Part shown: one piece after another, positions 13,037-23,830 of the stretch
How positions within the stretch are numbered: position 1 is the stretch's first letter
Layout: every line of letters begins with the position of its first letter
Origin: Dicyema japonicum
Lineage: Eukaryota > Animalia > Dicyemida
Direction: 5' to 3'
Length of the DNA: 33,000 nucleotides
Assembly: GCA_011109175.1 (NCBI GenBank)
Contig: RDEW01000049.1
Coordinates: 114,157 to 147,156, forward strand
The notes under the pieces: model-generated
The model's input: the letters and a program-made list of their open reading frames with translations, nothing else
The model's database searches: none
Told to the model about the DNA's origin: nothing
Made by a program: the position numbers and the translations under genes

Positions 13037-13510
13037 ATGTATGATTTGTATGAGCTGTGATGACGAAAAATTTGAGATTCAAAGGAGACAAGTAATAAAT
13101 AAAATATAAGTAAATAGACCGATAGGTAAAGAGAAATACAGCAAAAATCGTAGAAAGTGATTCGAAGAGGCACCACAAGAACCAGACACAGTGGAGCATG
13201 GTTTATTTTTTTGCATATGACCACATGCGGGTGGAGACTTATAAAAAGCGTAAATGGAATCCAGTCATACTTCAACGTCACTTTAGAACTTCGACCAAGT
13301 TAATATCTACGTTCAATCGACAACGGAAAAACTGTTCCTGGCCAAATTCACGAGCTCGGTATTTAAAATTCTTTACTTTCTTAGGAGAAGGACTTGTGTG
13401 AAAATCGACCATATAATTGCGCTGATAACTGGATATGGAAAACATTTGGGAGTCGATCTTAAAAATCAGAGCGTTGTGGGGATTGCTGATATTTACACTG
13501 AAAATTGTAT
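13037..13510 (+). pseudogene. FRG1: FRG1 (FSHD region gene 1) unprocessed pseudogene, 5' part
   Basis: Spliced: ..AVMTKNLRFKGDK|P..K-rich..DTVEH|GGWRL...YLRSIDNGKTVPGQIHEL|GEG..VKIDHIIALITGYGKHLGVD...VVGIAD, compared with FRG1 YIHALDNGLFTLGAPH/IALKSGYGKYLG. Three 26-nt introns: 13092-13117, 13201-13226 (acceptor mutated to AT) and 13359-13384. Stops at 13158 and 13301. Confidence 0.85.
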
Positions 13511-13963
13511 GCTATTTATATGTGAAAGATTACAATTGTATAAATTATCCCAAGAGTGTCCGGGAGTAAAGTTGAATACCTTTCCACAACACCAGTTTAT
13601 CTCTTCTCTATAAATGCTGCGTGGGAATGGTATATAGGAAAAGTCGATCATAAGCCCTAAGTTCATATTATACCTTATATGACAATGGATTGCATCGTTA
13701 CTAATTTCAGTAGTTGTGACGGTTGAAGGTTGATAGAAATATACTCGCATACAAAAATCAACTGTGCTCAAAAAACCCTTGAAAGTTTGTCCAGTTATCT
13801 TTCCTATCACCCTACTCAAGCTGTCCGCCGTATAAGAAGCAGGCAAAACAGCGTTGGACGGTTTGAGCTCACTCTTCTCAACAGACATTTTTGTTGAATA
13901 ACAACGGAACTTATTAAAGTCGGACACCATACCAAACAGTCTCTGGAACAAAATCATGCTCAA
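13493..13963 (-). CDS. 156-codon ORF, possibly a degenerate metallo-beta-lactamase-fold protein
   Basis: Long stop-free frame in AT-rich DNA. HCHIRYNMNLGL and FTPGHSWD resemble MBL HxHxDH..NL and TPGH motifs, but the DH ligands are missing. Confidence 0.3.
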   Translation of the reverse strand: MSMILFQRLFGMVSDFNKFRCYSTKMSVEKSELKPSNAVLPASYTADSLSRVIGKITGQTFKGFLSTVDFCMRVYFYQPSTVTTTEISNDAIHCHIRYNMNLGLMIDFSYIPFPRSIYREEINWCCGKVFNFTPGHSWDNLYNCNLSHINSIQFSV

Positions 13964-14336
13964 ATACCTTGAAACTTAATTAAAATTTATGGTATTGTCA
14001 ATAAAAAGAGTAATACAGGATGACGTCCACGTCAGATTCATATTTCGGATGATGGACTGGGATCACTTTAATAGGTGATGCTTTTTTTCTATCATGTTCC
14101 ACTCGTGTTCATTCAAAATAGCCTTCAACCTTCCACGGTCATACGTCGAAAATCCCTCCAACCGAAATCCAACAAATTCATATTTGTGAAAACTAAGGAA
14201 AATGATTCGGCTTCGTGAGAAAGAGCAAATTATCTTTTTTGGTGTCGTCTTTAAACTGGGTGACTTTTTAAGAGAGATGAAGCCATGATAATTTAACAAA
14301 GAAAGAAACAGAGTATAATAAAAAAATGTGATTTGC

Positions 14337-14585
14337 AATAATAATAATAACAACGAGACACGGTTACACAAACTAATTACATGATCCCAGCATACACTAG
14401 CAGGGACCTCGATCCCACACAAACACTTATCGGCTGAATGACTGGATATTCGTAGTCACGACGGCGCGCTCCATGGTTCCTGCGTATCATGCGACCAAGA
14501 GGAATTGGTGGCTGAAATAATCCAGAAATCCATCGTTCCGTGAATTTGGAGGCTCTTTCTTGGCTAGCCTCGATCTTCAAGGAGA
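14337..14585 (-). mobile_element. Short 5'-truncated LINE 3' end with (TTA)n tail (copy A)
   Basis: KIEASQERASKFT...YAGIM*, short UTR, tail at 14337-14350; paralogous to copy B. Confidence 0.8.
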
Positions 14586-14592
14586 ATGTCGC

Positions 14593-15150
14593 AATAATAA
14601 TAACACCAGAGACCACGATTACATAATCTAACTAATCACGTGATCCCAGCACGCTCTAGCAAAGACCTCATCTTTGCCCGATGCTCCTCCCTTGTTCCCA
14701 CACGAGCACGTATCGGTCGATTGACTGGACCTTCGAAGTCACGACGGCGCGTTCTGTGGTTCATTCTTATAAAGGCTTCAAGAGCCATTGGTGGCTGGAG
14801 TTTTTCAGAATTCCAGCGTTTCGTGATTTTGGAGGCTCTTCATCGGCTAGCCTCGATATTCAAGACATTCGTCCGAGAGATGAGTGAACTCCATATACCA
14901 CATGCATAAGAGATACATGGTTCAATGAATTGTTTATATACAGTGCTAAAAACAAAATGCTTTCATATCTTCCATAAGCCTGTGAGGAATTTCAGAACAT
15001 TAGTTTTCTTTTCGCATTTCGTAATTACGTTTTCAACATGGGGAGAGAATGACATATGCATGTCAAAAGTCACCCCAAGGATCCTTTGAGATATTTGAAA
15101 GGAATAGCTTCATTGTTTGCCTTTAGTTCGACCGTCCGTCTTCCCAGTCT
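14593..15150 (-). mobile_element. 5'-truncated LINE (I/Jockey-group) C-terminus with (TTA)n tail (copy B)
   Basis: RILGVTFDMHMSFSPHVENVITKCEKKTNVLKFLTG...YKQFIEPCISYACGIW...RAGIT*; tail at 14593-14603. Confidence 0.85.
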
Positions 15151-15218
15151 CTTGTCTGAAGTAAATAGATTAAAATAATAAATAAAAAAAGATCAGGACA
15201 TTTAAAAATTAAAAAAAA

Positions 15219-15330
15219 CTGATATAATCCACAAATTTATCCAAAAAGGACTATTAGTCAACAACCATCCCGAGGACTTCCCCCTCGACAAGACTTCCTT
15301 CAATTCCGAGCATCATTGCTGAAGGAGGCC
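15219..15330 (-). pseudogene. Possible DDRGK1 exon remnant
   Basis: ELKE/LVEGEVLGMVVD**SFLDKFVDYI resembles DDRGK1 KLKEAFVVEEEG...QSFLTEFINYI; the match is short. Confidence 0.4.
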
Positions 15331-16001
15331 TGATCAGATGCATTTTTTCTTTCTGGCTATAACGTTGGTTTGCTCGACCAAAAATGTAATTTAAAGCTAA
15401 CAAGCCAATTTTTGATTTGATGTAATGCACTTATTTTAAATCTTAGATGGAATTAGAGTAGAATGCACCAACGATTAACAGGATTTAAGTACATTTCCCT
15501 TACATTCCATGTCCCGCACAGATAAAGTACATATCCTCAGTTATTGAATGCCTGATGAAATGTATGTCTTATTTATTACGGCAGAGTACAAACGGACTTT
15601 TAGAATGATAGAGAGGAACCGAGAAAACTTTAACCTTGCTTTCAGCGACATTTCGCGGTTTTACAACGATAAAAACACAACCAGAATACTTTGTACCGCA
15701 GGGACGACAATTTTACAAAAATAAAATACATCTCCCTCACACATTCTCACTTGTCACGTGGTCGTTGAACTCAAGAGACAATATTTGCTAATTGTATACT
15801 TGATGGGAATATAGTAGTGAAGACGAGTGATTGTTTTGAGAGAACAAATATGCATTCATCCTGTCGTCAGGAAAGAAATTGGCAACAACTCCTTGGTCAA
15901 CATGTACAGACTCAAAGTGCGAGATCGCACGTGCACGTACTACAACAGAGTTGAAGGTAAAATTTTTTGTCAAAAATATTTTATTTATTTTTTTAAATAT
16001 C

Positions 16002-16097
16002 AATGGAGATCTCCGCGAACGCCGCTGGTTGTTTGAGCGAATTTCGCTAGCAATTCTGAGAGGGAACAGCCACGCAGTGAGGGCGGAAGCTAACTGA
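16002..16097 (+). mobile_element. CRE-like element C-terminus inside an RTEL1 intron
   Basis: NGDLRERRWLFERISLAILRGNSHAV* matches the CRE C-terminal pattern GD.RE..WL.QR.S.A..RGN. Confidence 0.75.
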
Positions 16098-16667
16098 TGT
16101 TTTGTTCTTTTTTTTATTTGAGTTATGATCGTCCAAAAAATTATCAATTATTTTTAATATTATCATTTTTGAGAGAATTTTTAATTAAATTTTATTGAAA
16201 TTTTTCGTTTTGATCATTTCTTATTTTGCAAAAGTAAAATACGAGGATCTGGCTGCATGGACATTGATGATACCATACAGAAGGTAACTGAACTGACGTA
16301 TTTAAATTTAGTAATACATAGATACTGCCATGTTACTTGGCTAAAGAAATGAAGGAAAGTGACCACATAATATTCTTATCTTATAACTTCTAATCGACCC
16401 AAGTGTTTTATGATCTGCTAATGTCTAGTTGAGATCGAAACGTGACGTTGAAATCAAAGGAAATTTCTAAATACTTGAAGAAGTCCATAATTTGGTTGTT
16501 TTATAGGAGAGTGTTTGTGAGGAAATTATGTTGTTCGACCTTCCTTCTTCATTCTTGCTGTGGCTATTATTGAGTCGNAATAAATCATTTATAAAATTAA
16601 TTGAAGTTAATCTTGGTTCAAGGTTAATGTAACAGGCTGCCCATAGGTAACGCTTGGCCCATGTGAC

Positions 16668-16956
16668 ATATTATACTACTCAGTCATACTGCGAATGAAG
16701 TGATGCAGTTAAAAGTTGAAGCTATTTTATGGACATCTTTTCTAGTGCTATGTTCACGGGTCAAGTNTTGAGTCGACTACATTTATGGAATTCTGGAGCG
16801 AATACTGGTGGAGAATGCAAACTCTGAGGAGTTTGTTGATCACCGATTGGGTATGGGATATTATACTACTTAGCCATACTGCGAATGAAGTGATGCAGTT
16901 AAAAGTTGAAGCTATTTTATGGACATATTTTCTAGTGCTATGTTCACGGGTCAAGT
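16668..16956. repeat. 99 bp duplication (16668-16766 / 16858-16956); the first copy lies in a piece bounded by N at 16578 and 16767
   Basis: 3 mismatches. TTGAGTCG occurs before the first N (16570-16577) and again after the second N (16768-16775). Confidence 0.9.
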
Positions 16957-17340
16957 GTTCAGCCTATAATAGCCTTAAATGACGAAAAACTGGTAAACCC
17001 AATGTCTTCAGCATTAATAGTATTAATATTATTCAGTCCGAAAAACCCTATCATATAAAACCTCGATGTGGAACAAAATTAATTAATTTTTATTTTACAG
17101 TTTATTTTATTCTCCTTAAACGTAAATTTTTACTTCAATCACATAAATTAGAAGACTTGTCACCTTTTTAATGAGTCCGTGTTAATGAAATTATAATTCA
17201 AATTGACTTAATATTCTTGCTGCGTTCTATAAATGAGGCTAACACATTAAGAAAATATTGAAGACTTTAAGACAGTATTAAATTGTTGGATAACAAAGTT
17301 CTCAATATCTTTCAGCATTTGAGACTGAAAAATGTACCTT

Positions 17341-17510
17341 TTAGTGACCCATTCATTTAAAATCAGTAATCTCCATATTAAACTTAGATTTAAACATTGC
17401 TCATAGATTTATTTATTAACCCCGGTTAGTGACCCATTCATTTAAAATTAGTAATCTCCATATTAAACTTAGATTTAAACATTGCTCATAGATTTATTTA
17501 TTAACCCCGG
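17341..17510. repeat. Tandem duplication, 85 bp unit
   Basis: 17341-17425 / 17426-17510; 1 mismatch. Confidence 0.95.
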
Positions 17511-17934
17511 GATCACTGAGAAAGAAAGACAAAGTAATGTCAACTAGTTAGGTGATCCCAGTTCCCGCAACAAAAATTGTCATACGAAGTACCAAATGGT
17601 ACAAGATTATATTTCTACTAGAGAACCTTCCTAAGATTGATGATAATAGTTCCTCTAATCGACTAACACAATCCTCTCTCCCGAGGGACATGCGGGTAAA
17701 CCTGGCTCGTCTACTATTTGGCGACCACCCCTCTTTACCATCTACGTGCNCCTCTGAAACAGAAAACGCTTGTATTTAATTGGTTAGTTTAGTAACTCCG
17801 GAATCACTAGTTAGTTAATCAGCAACACGCTATTAGGTAATATTAACTTAAAATAAAATTTTTAATATTCACTTAAATTAATTTAAACCAATATATAATT
17901 AATAATTAATTAACAGGACCATCCATCCAAAGTG

Positions 17935-18411
17935 TATTTGCTGAGGTGGTGACGACACCTCTATTGCACTATGTCTTATTCATATTCCTTACCGACTTCT
18001 CCGTTCACTCTGGGATCTTTTAATTGCAGAGGACTTGATCGACCATACAAGAAACACCAACTGGTATGCAATCTAACTAAATATAACATCACTGTCTGAG
18101 ACAAAAACGACCGCACAATGTACAGGACTGTTTGTAAAATTCCACCTTTTCATTTTCCCGTCGGCCTGCCGGCATTATTGTTTCGGATTTGCAGTCTATC
18201 AGGACCTGATTCACTACGCTACAAAAGTGTGGACACCATCTGATAATATAATGAAAATGGCGGACGACCTGGACTACCTAAGAAAACGACAGCGCAACAG
18301 AAGATCATGGTCGAAGCTAACTGAGAGGATGGTTCGGAATATGGCTCAAAGGAAACTTAACTAATTATATGTTTTCTCGGGAGTGCTTTTTAATAATAAT
18401 AATAATAATAA
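17935..18411 (+). mobile_element. 5'-truncated RTE/RTEX-like insertion with (TAA)7 tail and 12-bp target-site duplication
   Basis: CCATCCAAAGTG at 17923-17934 and 18413-18424; (TAA)7 at 18391-18411; MADDLDYLR...RRSW resembles KTADDLD near 465-490. Confidence 0.75.
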
Positions 18412-18511
18412 CCCATCCAAAGTGGACCCCGCAGACATTATTTGCGTTGCTTATAACGATCACAACAACTGGAGAAGCCACCGGGTCTCACGTACGTAGT
18501 GACTTTTTACT

Positions 18512-18722
18512 TTAGCTAGGCGTCCAAGTTTGTTTAGGAATCGAGCGGTTTTCCAGTTATTTGTCTATTTGTCTCGACCACAATGCTATAGAATGCAAAT
18601 CGGTCGTAGCGCTTCGCATTTCTTTTCCATTGCCCTCATTGTTTTTCCGCAGAATGGAGTCTGTCTACCGCGTTCTTGACAATGTTGGATGGGCAAAGTG
18701 AGTCGACACAAGTAGCATCCCA
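18512..18722 (-). mobile_element. CRE-like RLE domain fragment
   Basis: WDATCVDSLCPSNIV...SAEK...FAFYSIVVET, frameshift, then TARFLNKLG. Confidence 0.8.
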
Positions 18723-19258
18723 TTTTTATTATTAAATTTTCATTCAAAAATTAGATATTAGTTTTTAAAATACAATATATTGATTTTTATGCTGGATAGT
18801 GGCTACCCTTATTTAAGGAAGAGCCAAAAATTATGTATTCTAATATTTTTTCTACCCTTAACTGACAAATAGGAATCCTCTCCGGGTAATTATGCAGACT
18901 GCTATTGTCTTCCCAAAAATAAAAAGAGAATCATGCCTACCTAGCATTCTACTTGGGACTGCTCCCAGCAATCATTATGCAGTTAGGGGCTATTTATCAC
19001 AATCGAACGTTCCTTCTCTTCGCTGCTCCAGAACTGCTTTCAAGACGGTCCCAAGATGGGGTATTTTGCTTGGTTTACTTTCGAATTTTTCTATCTTGAC
19101 CATTATTCAGAGTGTCCGCTTTAAGTAGAGTTTTTCCTATTAGTTAAAGAACCGGATGGTTTTCAATTATCAAATAAATTAATAATGTAGTAGTTATCTT
19201 CGATCTACTAGACACGCATTGGACGTCTTCGGAGTCAGATGAATTCCACGACGATTCA

Positions 19259-19647
19259 TAAAAATTGAAGAAGGCAAATAGAATAGGATACTTCGACGAA
19301 GCTAGTAGCACTGTATGAATCGATCTCATGGTTAAACCGCGACGTATCCAAATCATTAACTACTAAGGAATCTAGTGATCATCGATTGTTTTCTGTCGAG
19401 ACTGATAGGGTTCAGTCTCTGGATAGATTGTAGAATCAGAATTTGATCATTNATTAAAAATTGAAGAAGGCAAATAGAATAGGATCCTTCGACGAAGCTA
19501 GTAGCACTGTATGAATCGATATCATAGTTAAACCGCGACGTATCCACATTATTAACTACTAAGGGATCTAGTGATCATCGATTGTTTTCTGTCGAGACTG
19601 ATAGAGTCCAGTCTCTGGATAGTTTGTAGAATCAGAATTTGATCATT
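19259..19647. repeat. Duplication, 193 bp unit across N at 19452
   Basis: 19259-19451 / 19455-19647; 9 mismatches. Confidence 0.95.
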
Positions 19648-20039
19648 AAAAAAGGAATAATTCACTTCCTTTATGAATTAATAAATAATAATTATTTATT
19701 AATTTTCGATTACAGATTTTATATGTAAATCACTGATAAATCTATTTAACAATATTCGAGATTAATTTATAAACTTGGAATATCGTTCCACGTTTAATTG
19801 ACAATTGGTAATAATTTAGCTGAATTAAATGTCGTTTATAAAATTTATAAATAATAAGAATATATAATTTATTTAAAAATTTTCATTTAATTTACATTAT
19901 AAATAATATAGTGATAACCAAATAATATCATTTCGAATTTGAGATGATTTATTATTCCAAGGAAATTTAGAATTTCATGTATCTATCGATGCTCAGTGAA
20001 TTCCCTTCACTATTTCATGGTAAGACTTCTCTTTTTTCC

Positions 20040-20130
20040 CGTATTCCTTCTCTTCTTTCCTTTTACTTGAAAAAATCATACGATTCACACATCTAAAATG
20101 TGCATAGTCTATGAAGGCACAAAAAATAAT
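20040..20130 (-). mobile_element. Short LINE RT motif fragment
   Basis: IFCAFIDYAHFRCVNR resembles LYCCFIDY.KAFD.V.R. Confidence 0.35.
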
Positions 20131-20930
20131 CGTTTCTTTCCCCACTCATATAACTACCAACATTTTTTAGAGGGGACTGGCGTAAGACAGGAAACATGAA
20201 GTTTTGACAAATTTTTTTTATTGTGAGTAGACATTAATGAAATGATGTTTTTTTAAATATCTAGTTATTATCAGAGTATAATTGAATATTAAATAATGGT
20301 TGTAAATAAAATCCGAATATTTATAACAAACAAAGCCCCTTGTAAATTTTAATTAAATTAGTATCACAAGTACCGGCAAAGCGATCACTCCCAATGATAT
20401 TGAAAAGTAATGATTTGCAGACAAAGTCCTGCGTGAAGGATTATTTATCAGAAATAGTGTAGCGGTCGAGTCTACAATATAAATAATTAATATAATTTTA
20501 AAAATAGATTAATAAATATTAATATTGTACCTTCAGTCGTTGATGTTGTCGTATTTGGTTCAACTAAATAATCGATGAAATATGTGAATTAAAAATGTTC
20601 CAAATAAACGACATATTCTACTAATTAGTTATTTACCTAGAATAGGATCAGTAGATTCGCATTTAGCATTTTAAAATCATTAAATAACCATCATAAGAAA
20701 AATTTGTGATTTGCACCTTATTTGTATTTTCATTTTATCCGCTGTAAATTTAAATAATTGTGAATTCGTCTTTCAAAAGTATCGCAATGATAAACAGTTA
20801 CGAAAAAGATAAAAAAAATTAAAATAATTACTAAAATTAATAATCATTTTTTTTATTATATATTAAATGACATTTACATTGGTTAACCATTATTTATTAA
20901 TTTTTTAATAACGTGCGCATCAACGTGCTT

Positions 20931-21044
20931 ATGGTTAAATTAGTTCGTCGTTCTTATAAAGATATCTATTTGTCATTCGGATTTATGTGCAAAGATAAAT
21001 ATAAACAACCTCAATGTCTAATTTGCATAGAAATCTTGGCAAAT
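20931..21044 (+). mobile_element. hAT (Buster/ZBED-like) transposase N-terminus with BED finger, cut by N at 21045
   Basis: MVKLVRRSYKDIYLSFGFMCKDKYKQPQCLICIEILAN matches R.Y...YL.FGF....PQC.IC.E.LAN. Confidence 0.85.
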
Positions 21045-22419
21045 NTCGGCCGTCATTAAACGTCTACAGCTATTGCTGGACGCTTTTACAAGTCTCCGAA
21101 GTTCACCTGAGTTCCCGGACAGGAGTAGCTTTTTATAAAATCAATGATAATTGTTCGGTGGTGGAAACCAATAGCCCGAATACTCTTTAAGAAAGAAGTG
21201 TCCAGTGCATATTTCTACTAGGGTCCTCCTTGTTTTATTCGAGATTATTCTTAAGTCATCCACCAATTTCGAAGGCCACACAGCAGATTTTTCGGAGCCA
21301 GTCTTCGGATGGCTTTGATAGAAAGTGTTTATGTATTGTCTTTGACTTGGCTTTATGGAGCTCCACTTTGGAGGGGATCGTGTATTTCAAGGTGATTCTG
21401 ATATATCGATTGTGGATTGTTCTAAGGGTTTCCTTCTCCTGGCCAAAGATGGATTCAGCCACGTGATAGAGGGCGTTTGTAAAATTCACTAGGAATGATT
21501 TTATAGCGAAAATCTCAAAGCTAATTCGATTTCCTAATAGATCTTTGAACGGCTTTTTTAGAATTTGGAATAACATTTTGTGCGATATCTAGTTTCATAT
21601 GATTTTATAGGAGACTGAGAATTTATCGATCCCCGAAAGGTTTGATGAACAAATTGTTAGTAAAATGAAGAAGACAGCTTCCTTAAATACGTTGTACATT
21701 TATTAACAAGCAGCTAAAATGAGTTAACTCGAAAAGACCCAGTTTAAAGGAGATTATTGATTAGATGAAGGACAGACGTGCGAACAACCCAGAAAATCCA
21801 GAAAAGGAAATGATCTATTTTGGAGTTAAAGGCGGTCTTATTTCATTACGATTTCAACATTATGTCACTTTTGGGGCGATGGACGTCTTGAATGGAACCT
21901 TTCCGGAATTCTCTTATTGTCTTTTTAAGAACTCCATGAAATTCATGGCACGTGGTACGTCATACCTCCCAAAACTAAAAAAAAGAAGTCACTCATATCG
22001 AGCGTTTCTTCTATAAGTTTTCTTCTGAAGACACATGGGACGCTGCAAACTATGAGAAAGTAGAATCCTCTCGGATATTAAAATTGTCTCAGATCAGAAC
22101 TGTATCCTAGAAATATCAGAAAATACTCAACGACGCTCATCGGTCGACACCCAATGCCCCATAAAGATCTTACTAAACTTTGGAGATTTAATGTCGAGTT
22201 TAGCATCATAAAACTATATTACTATTCATGCAATAAGTGAATATTGATATATCTATTTGAATTCAGGTTAGAGTTTTTTATAAATAGTGAATATATGTCA
22301 ATACTATAAACTCATCTGGTTTCTAACTAACCTGCCTATGTGGAGATATTAAAATAAAATGTAAATTTTATGTTAGCTTGCATATTGTGTTTTTGTTTAC
22401 AGTGGTTTTTGTTTAAAGA

Positions 22420-22735
22420 TTAGAAAAGAAAGAAGTACCGTAGCATTGGGAATCAGTTCGCCTTCCAGCTGATCTCCATTTAGACGTATAACATCTAGTC
22501 CCTAGTAGAACAAAGTTTTTCAAACGACTTGCAGGACTGAGGAAGCGAGACCCTAGAATAACACTATGGTTTTTCCTCAAATTAGTTTTATTGTCCCAAA
22601 CAATAAGTTTTTACGTTACTCAATAATTCTCTTATTCTTCAGCTGGGCCAATGTCGAGATAACTTTTATCCATAAAAGTGGGAGACAGCGGATCAGATTA
22701 AAAAACGACCATAAATGCACACTCTGGAAAAGTCA
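22420..22735 (+). pseudogene. Possible condensin NCAPH (barren) remnant
   Basis: HWESVRLPADLHLD..L, HYGFSSN*FYCP and VEITFIHK...KCTLWK appear in the same order as NCAPH TLP.D.., YDYNN.ND.NFCP and IEIHYAK...K..MW; weak. Confidence 0.3.
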
Positions 22736-22899
22736 ATTCTTCTAAACGGTGCAGTGACTAGGTGTTATTCAATATATACTATTATGTATTCTCATCAGTT
22801 TCCGCAGAGATTTAATATTTTGATTCTTTTGAATTTTCATTAATTTCTGAATTTTGTTTTTGAATTTGATATAATTATAAATAGTACTGTTGTGAAATT

Positions 22900-23200
22900 A
22901 TAGTTGATACCAATAATCTATAAGGTTAACAGAAATGAGCAAAATTTGCAGAATTTAAAGGCGTGCTTATTTGGTTTTGAATGCTGTTCACGGATAGAGT
23001 AAATTTTGATATTAATTAGGAAATTAAGTTTTTACGTTATGTACGTTTCATTTGTAAAAGTTTCATAAAAATGTTGTTCAAGATTTATAAATAATATTCC
23101 AGAAACTGTACTTTGATGAAAAATGTATACGTTGCCTAATAATATTATAAACTGAGAAATTGTATTTAAGTGAATTATGTTGGCATTTGTTGACTTTTAC
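22900..23200 (+). mobile_element. hAT transposase remnant
   Basis: TEMSK..., FLRYVRFI...MLF and NYVGIC are in hAT order (DMS, YVRF, CVGICTDG); heavily decayed. Confidence 0.4.
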
Positions 23201-23414
23201 GTTTACAATTAGAGTTAGTGAATGTTCAAATATCTATGAATTTGAGTTAGTTTATAAATTCGAGATTATTTAATTATTACGTTAATTTTAAAATTATCTA
23301 ATATTTTCATAATTTTAATAATTTATTTTAAATTATCATAGATCACCAAATTATTTTAATAAAAACATTAGCAACAAATCAGGTTTTTCTGCATTAACAT
23401 GGAATTTCTTGTCT

Positions 23415-23830
23415 ATTTCAATTTGTGGACGTGACTCTTGTGCCGATTGGTTTTTGCTGTGAGTATGTTGATTTTTGGACAGTTTTTTATGGGGATATTT
23501 GTTTTCAAGTATATGTTTTTCTTAACAAGTTTCTTGACTTCAAAAAGGAAGATGGTCATCCCATCGAATCTATTTGCGTCCGCCAATACCCGTAAAAAGT
23601 ACGGCGAGAAAATATCGAAACTGCTCAAAAAGGAAGATGGTCATTCCATCGAATCTATTTGCGTCCGCCAATACCCGTAAAAAGTACGGCGAGAAAATAT
23701 CGAAACTGCTGGAAAATGTTGACACGAATATGTAACTTGGACTGCATTGGAAGAATATTTCGATCAGAGTTAGTCAGGCTGTTGTGATCGTACTTGGAAA
23801 TCATCCAAGGATGCTCAAATGAACTTTTAA
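23415..23830 (+). pseudogene. Unidentified gene fragment with two candidate micro-introns
   Basis: GT..AG at 23459-23482 (24 nt) and 23509-23529 (21 nt) splice into FQFVDVTLVPIGFCFFYGDICFQFLDFKKEDGHPIESICVRQYP*; family not established. Confidence 0.3.
23541..23710. repeat. Tandem duplication, 85 bp unit
   Basis: 23541-23625 / 23626-23710; 1 mismatch. Confidence 0.95.

Larger units (their letters stand above)
15447..17070 (+). pseudogene. RTEL1: RTEL1 (XPD-family DEAH helicase) unprocessed pseudogene, N-terminal part
   Basis: Collinear motifs: VHFPYIPCPAQIKYISSVIECL; NGLLE**RGTEKTLTLLSAT (Walker A region); KYISLTHSHL/VVVELKR; REQICIHPVV...KVRDRTCTYYNRVE; MDIDD; YLAKEMKESDHIIFLSYN; IKGNF*ILEEVHNL (DEAH box); ESVCEE..FDL; SYFMDIFSSA. 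Introns at 15562-15584, 15794-15817, 15957-~16234, 16284-16311, 16403-16428 and 16851-16873. Confidence 0.92.

Noticed and set aside
14640-14909. ORF-track ORFs such as 5..190, 1595..1789, 2553..2813, 3476..3850, 14640..14909, 15788..16147 and 32289..32584 as genes
   Set aside because: They are antisense or off-frame shadows of the TE and pseudogene sequences identified on the other strand.
16770-17075. CRAL-TRIO plus MSP (MOSPD2-like) gene
   Set aside because: Better explained as the collinear continuation of RTEL1 (AILRMK, SYFMDIFSSA, LSYK) once the N-bounded insert is removed.
21200-22100. Decayed minus-strand LINE RT, including ORF 21256..21576
   Set aside because: Only vague similarity; no recognisable YADD or QG motif.
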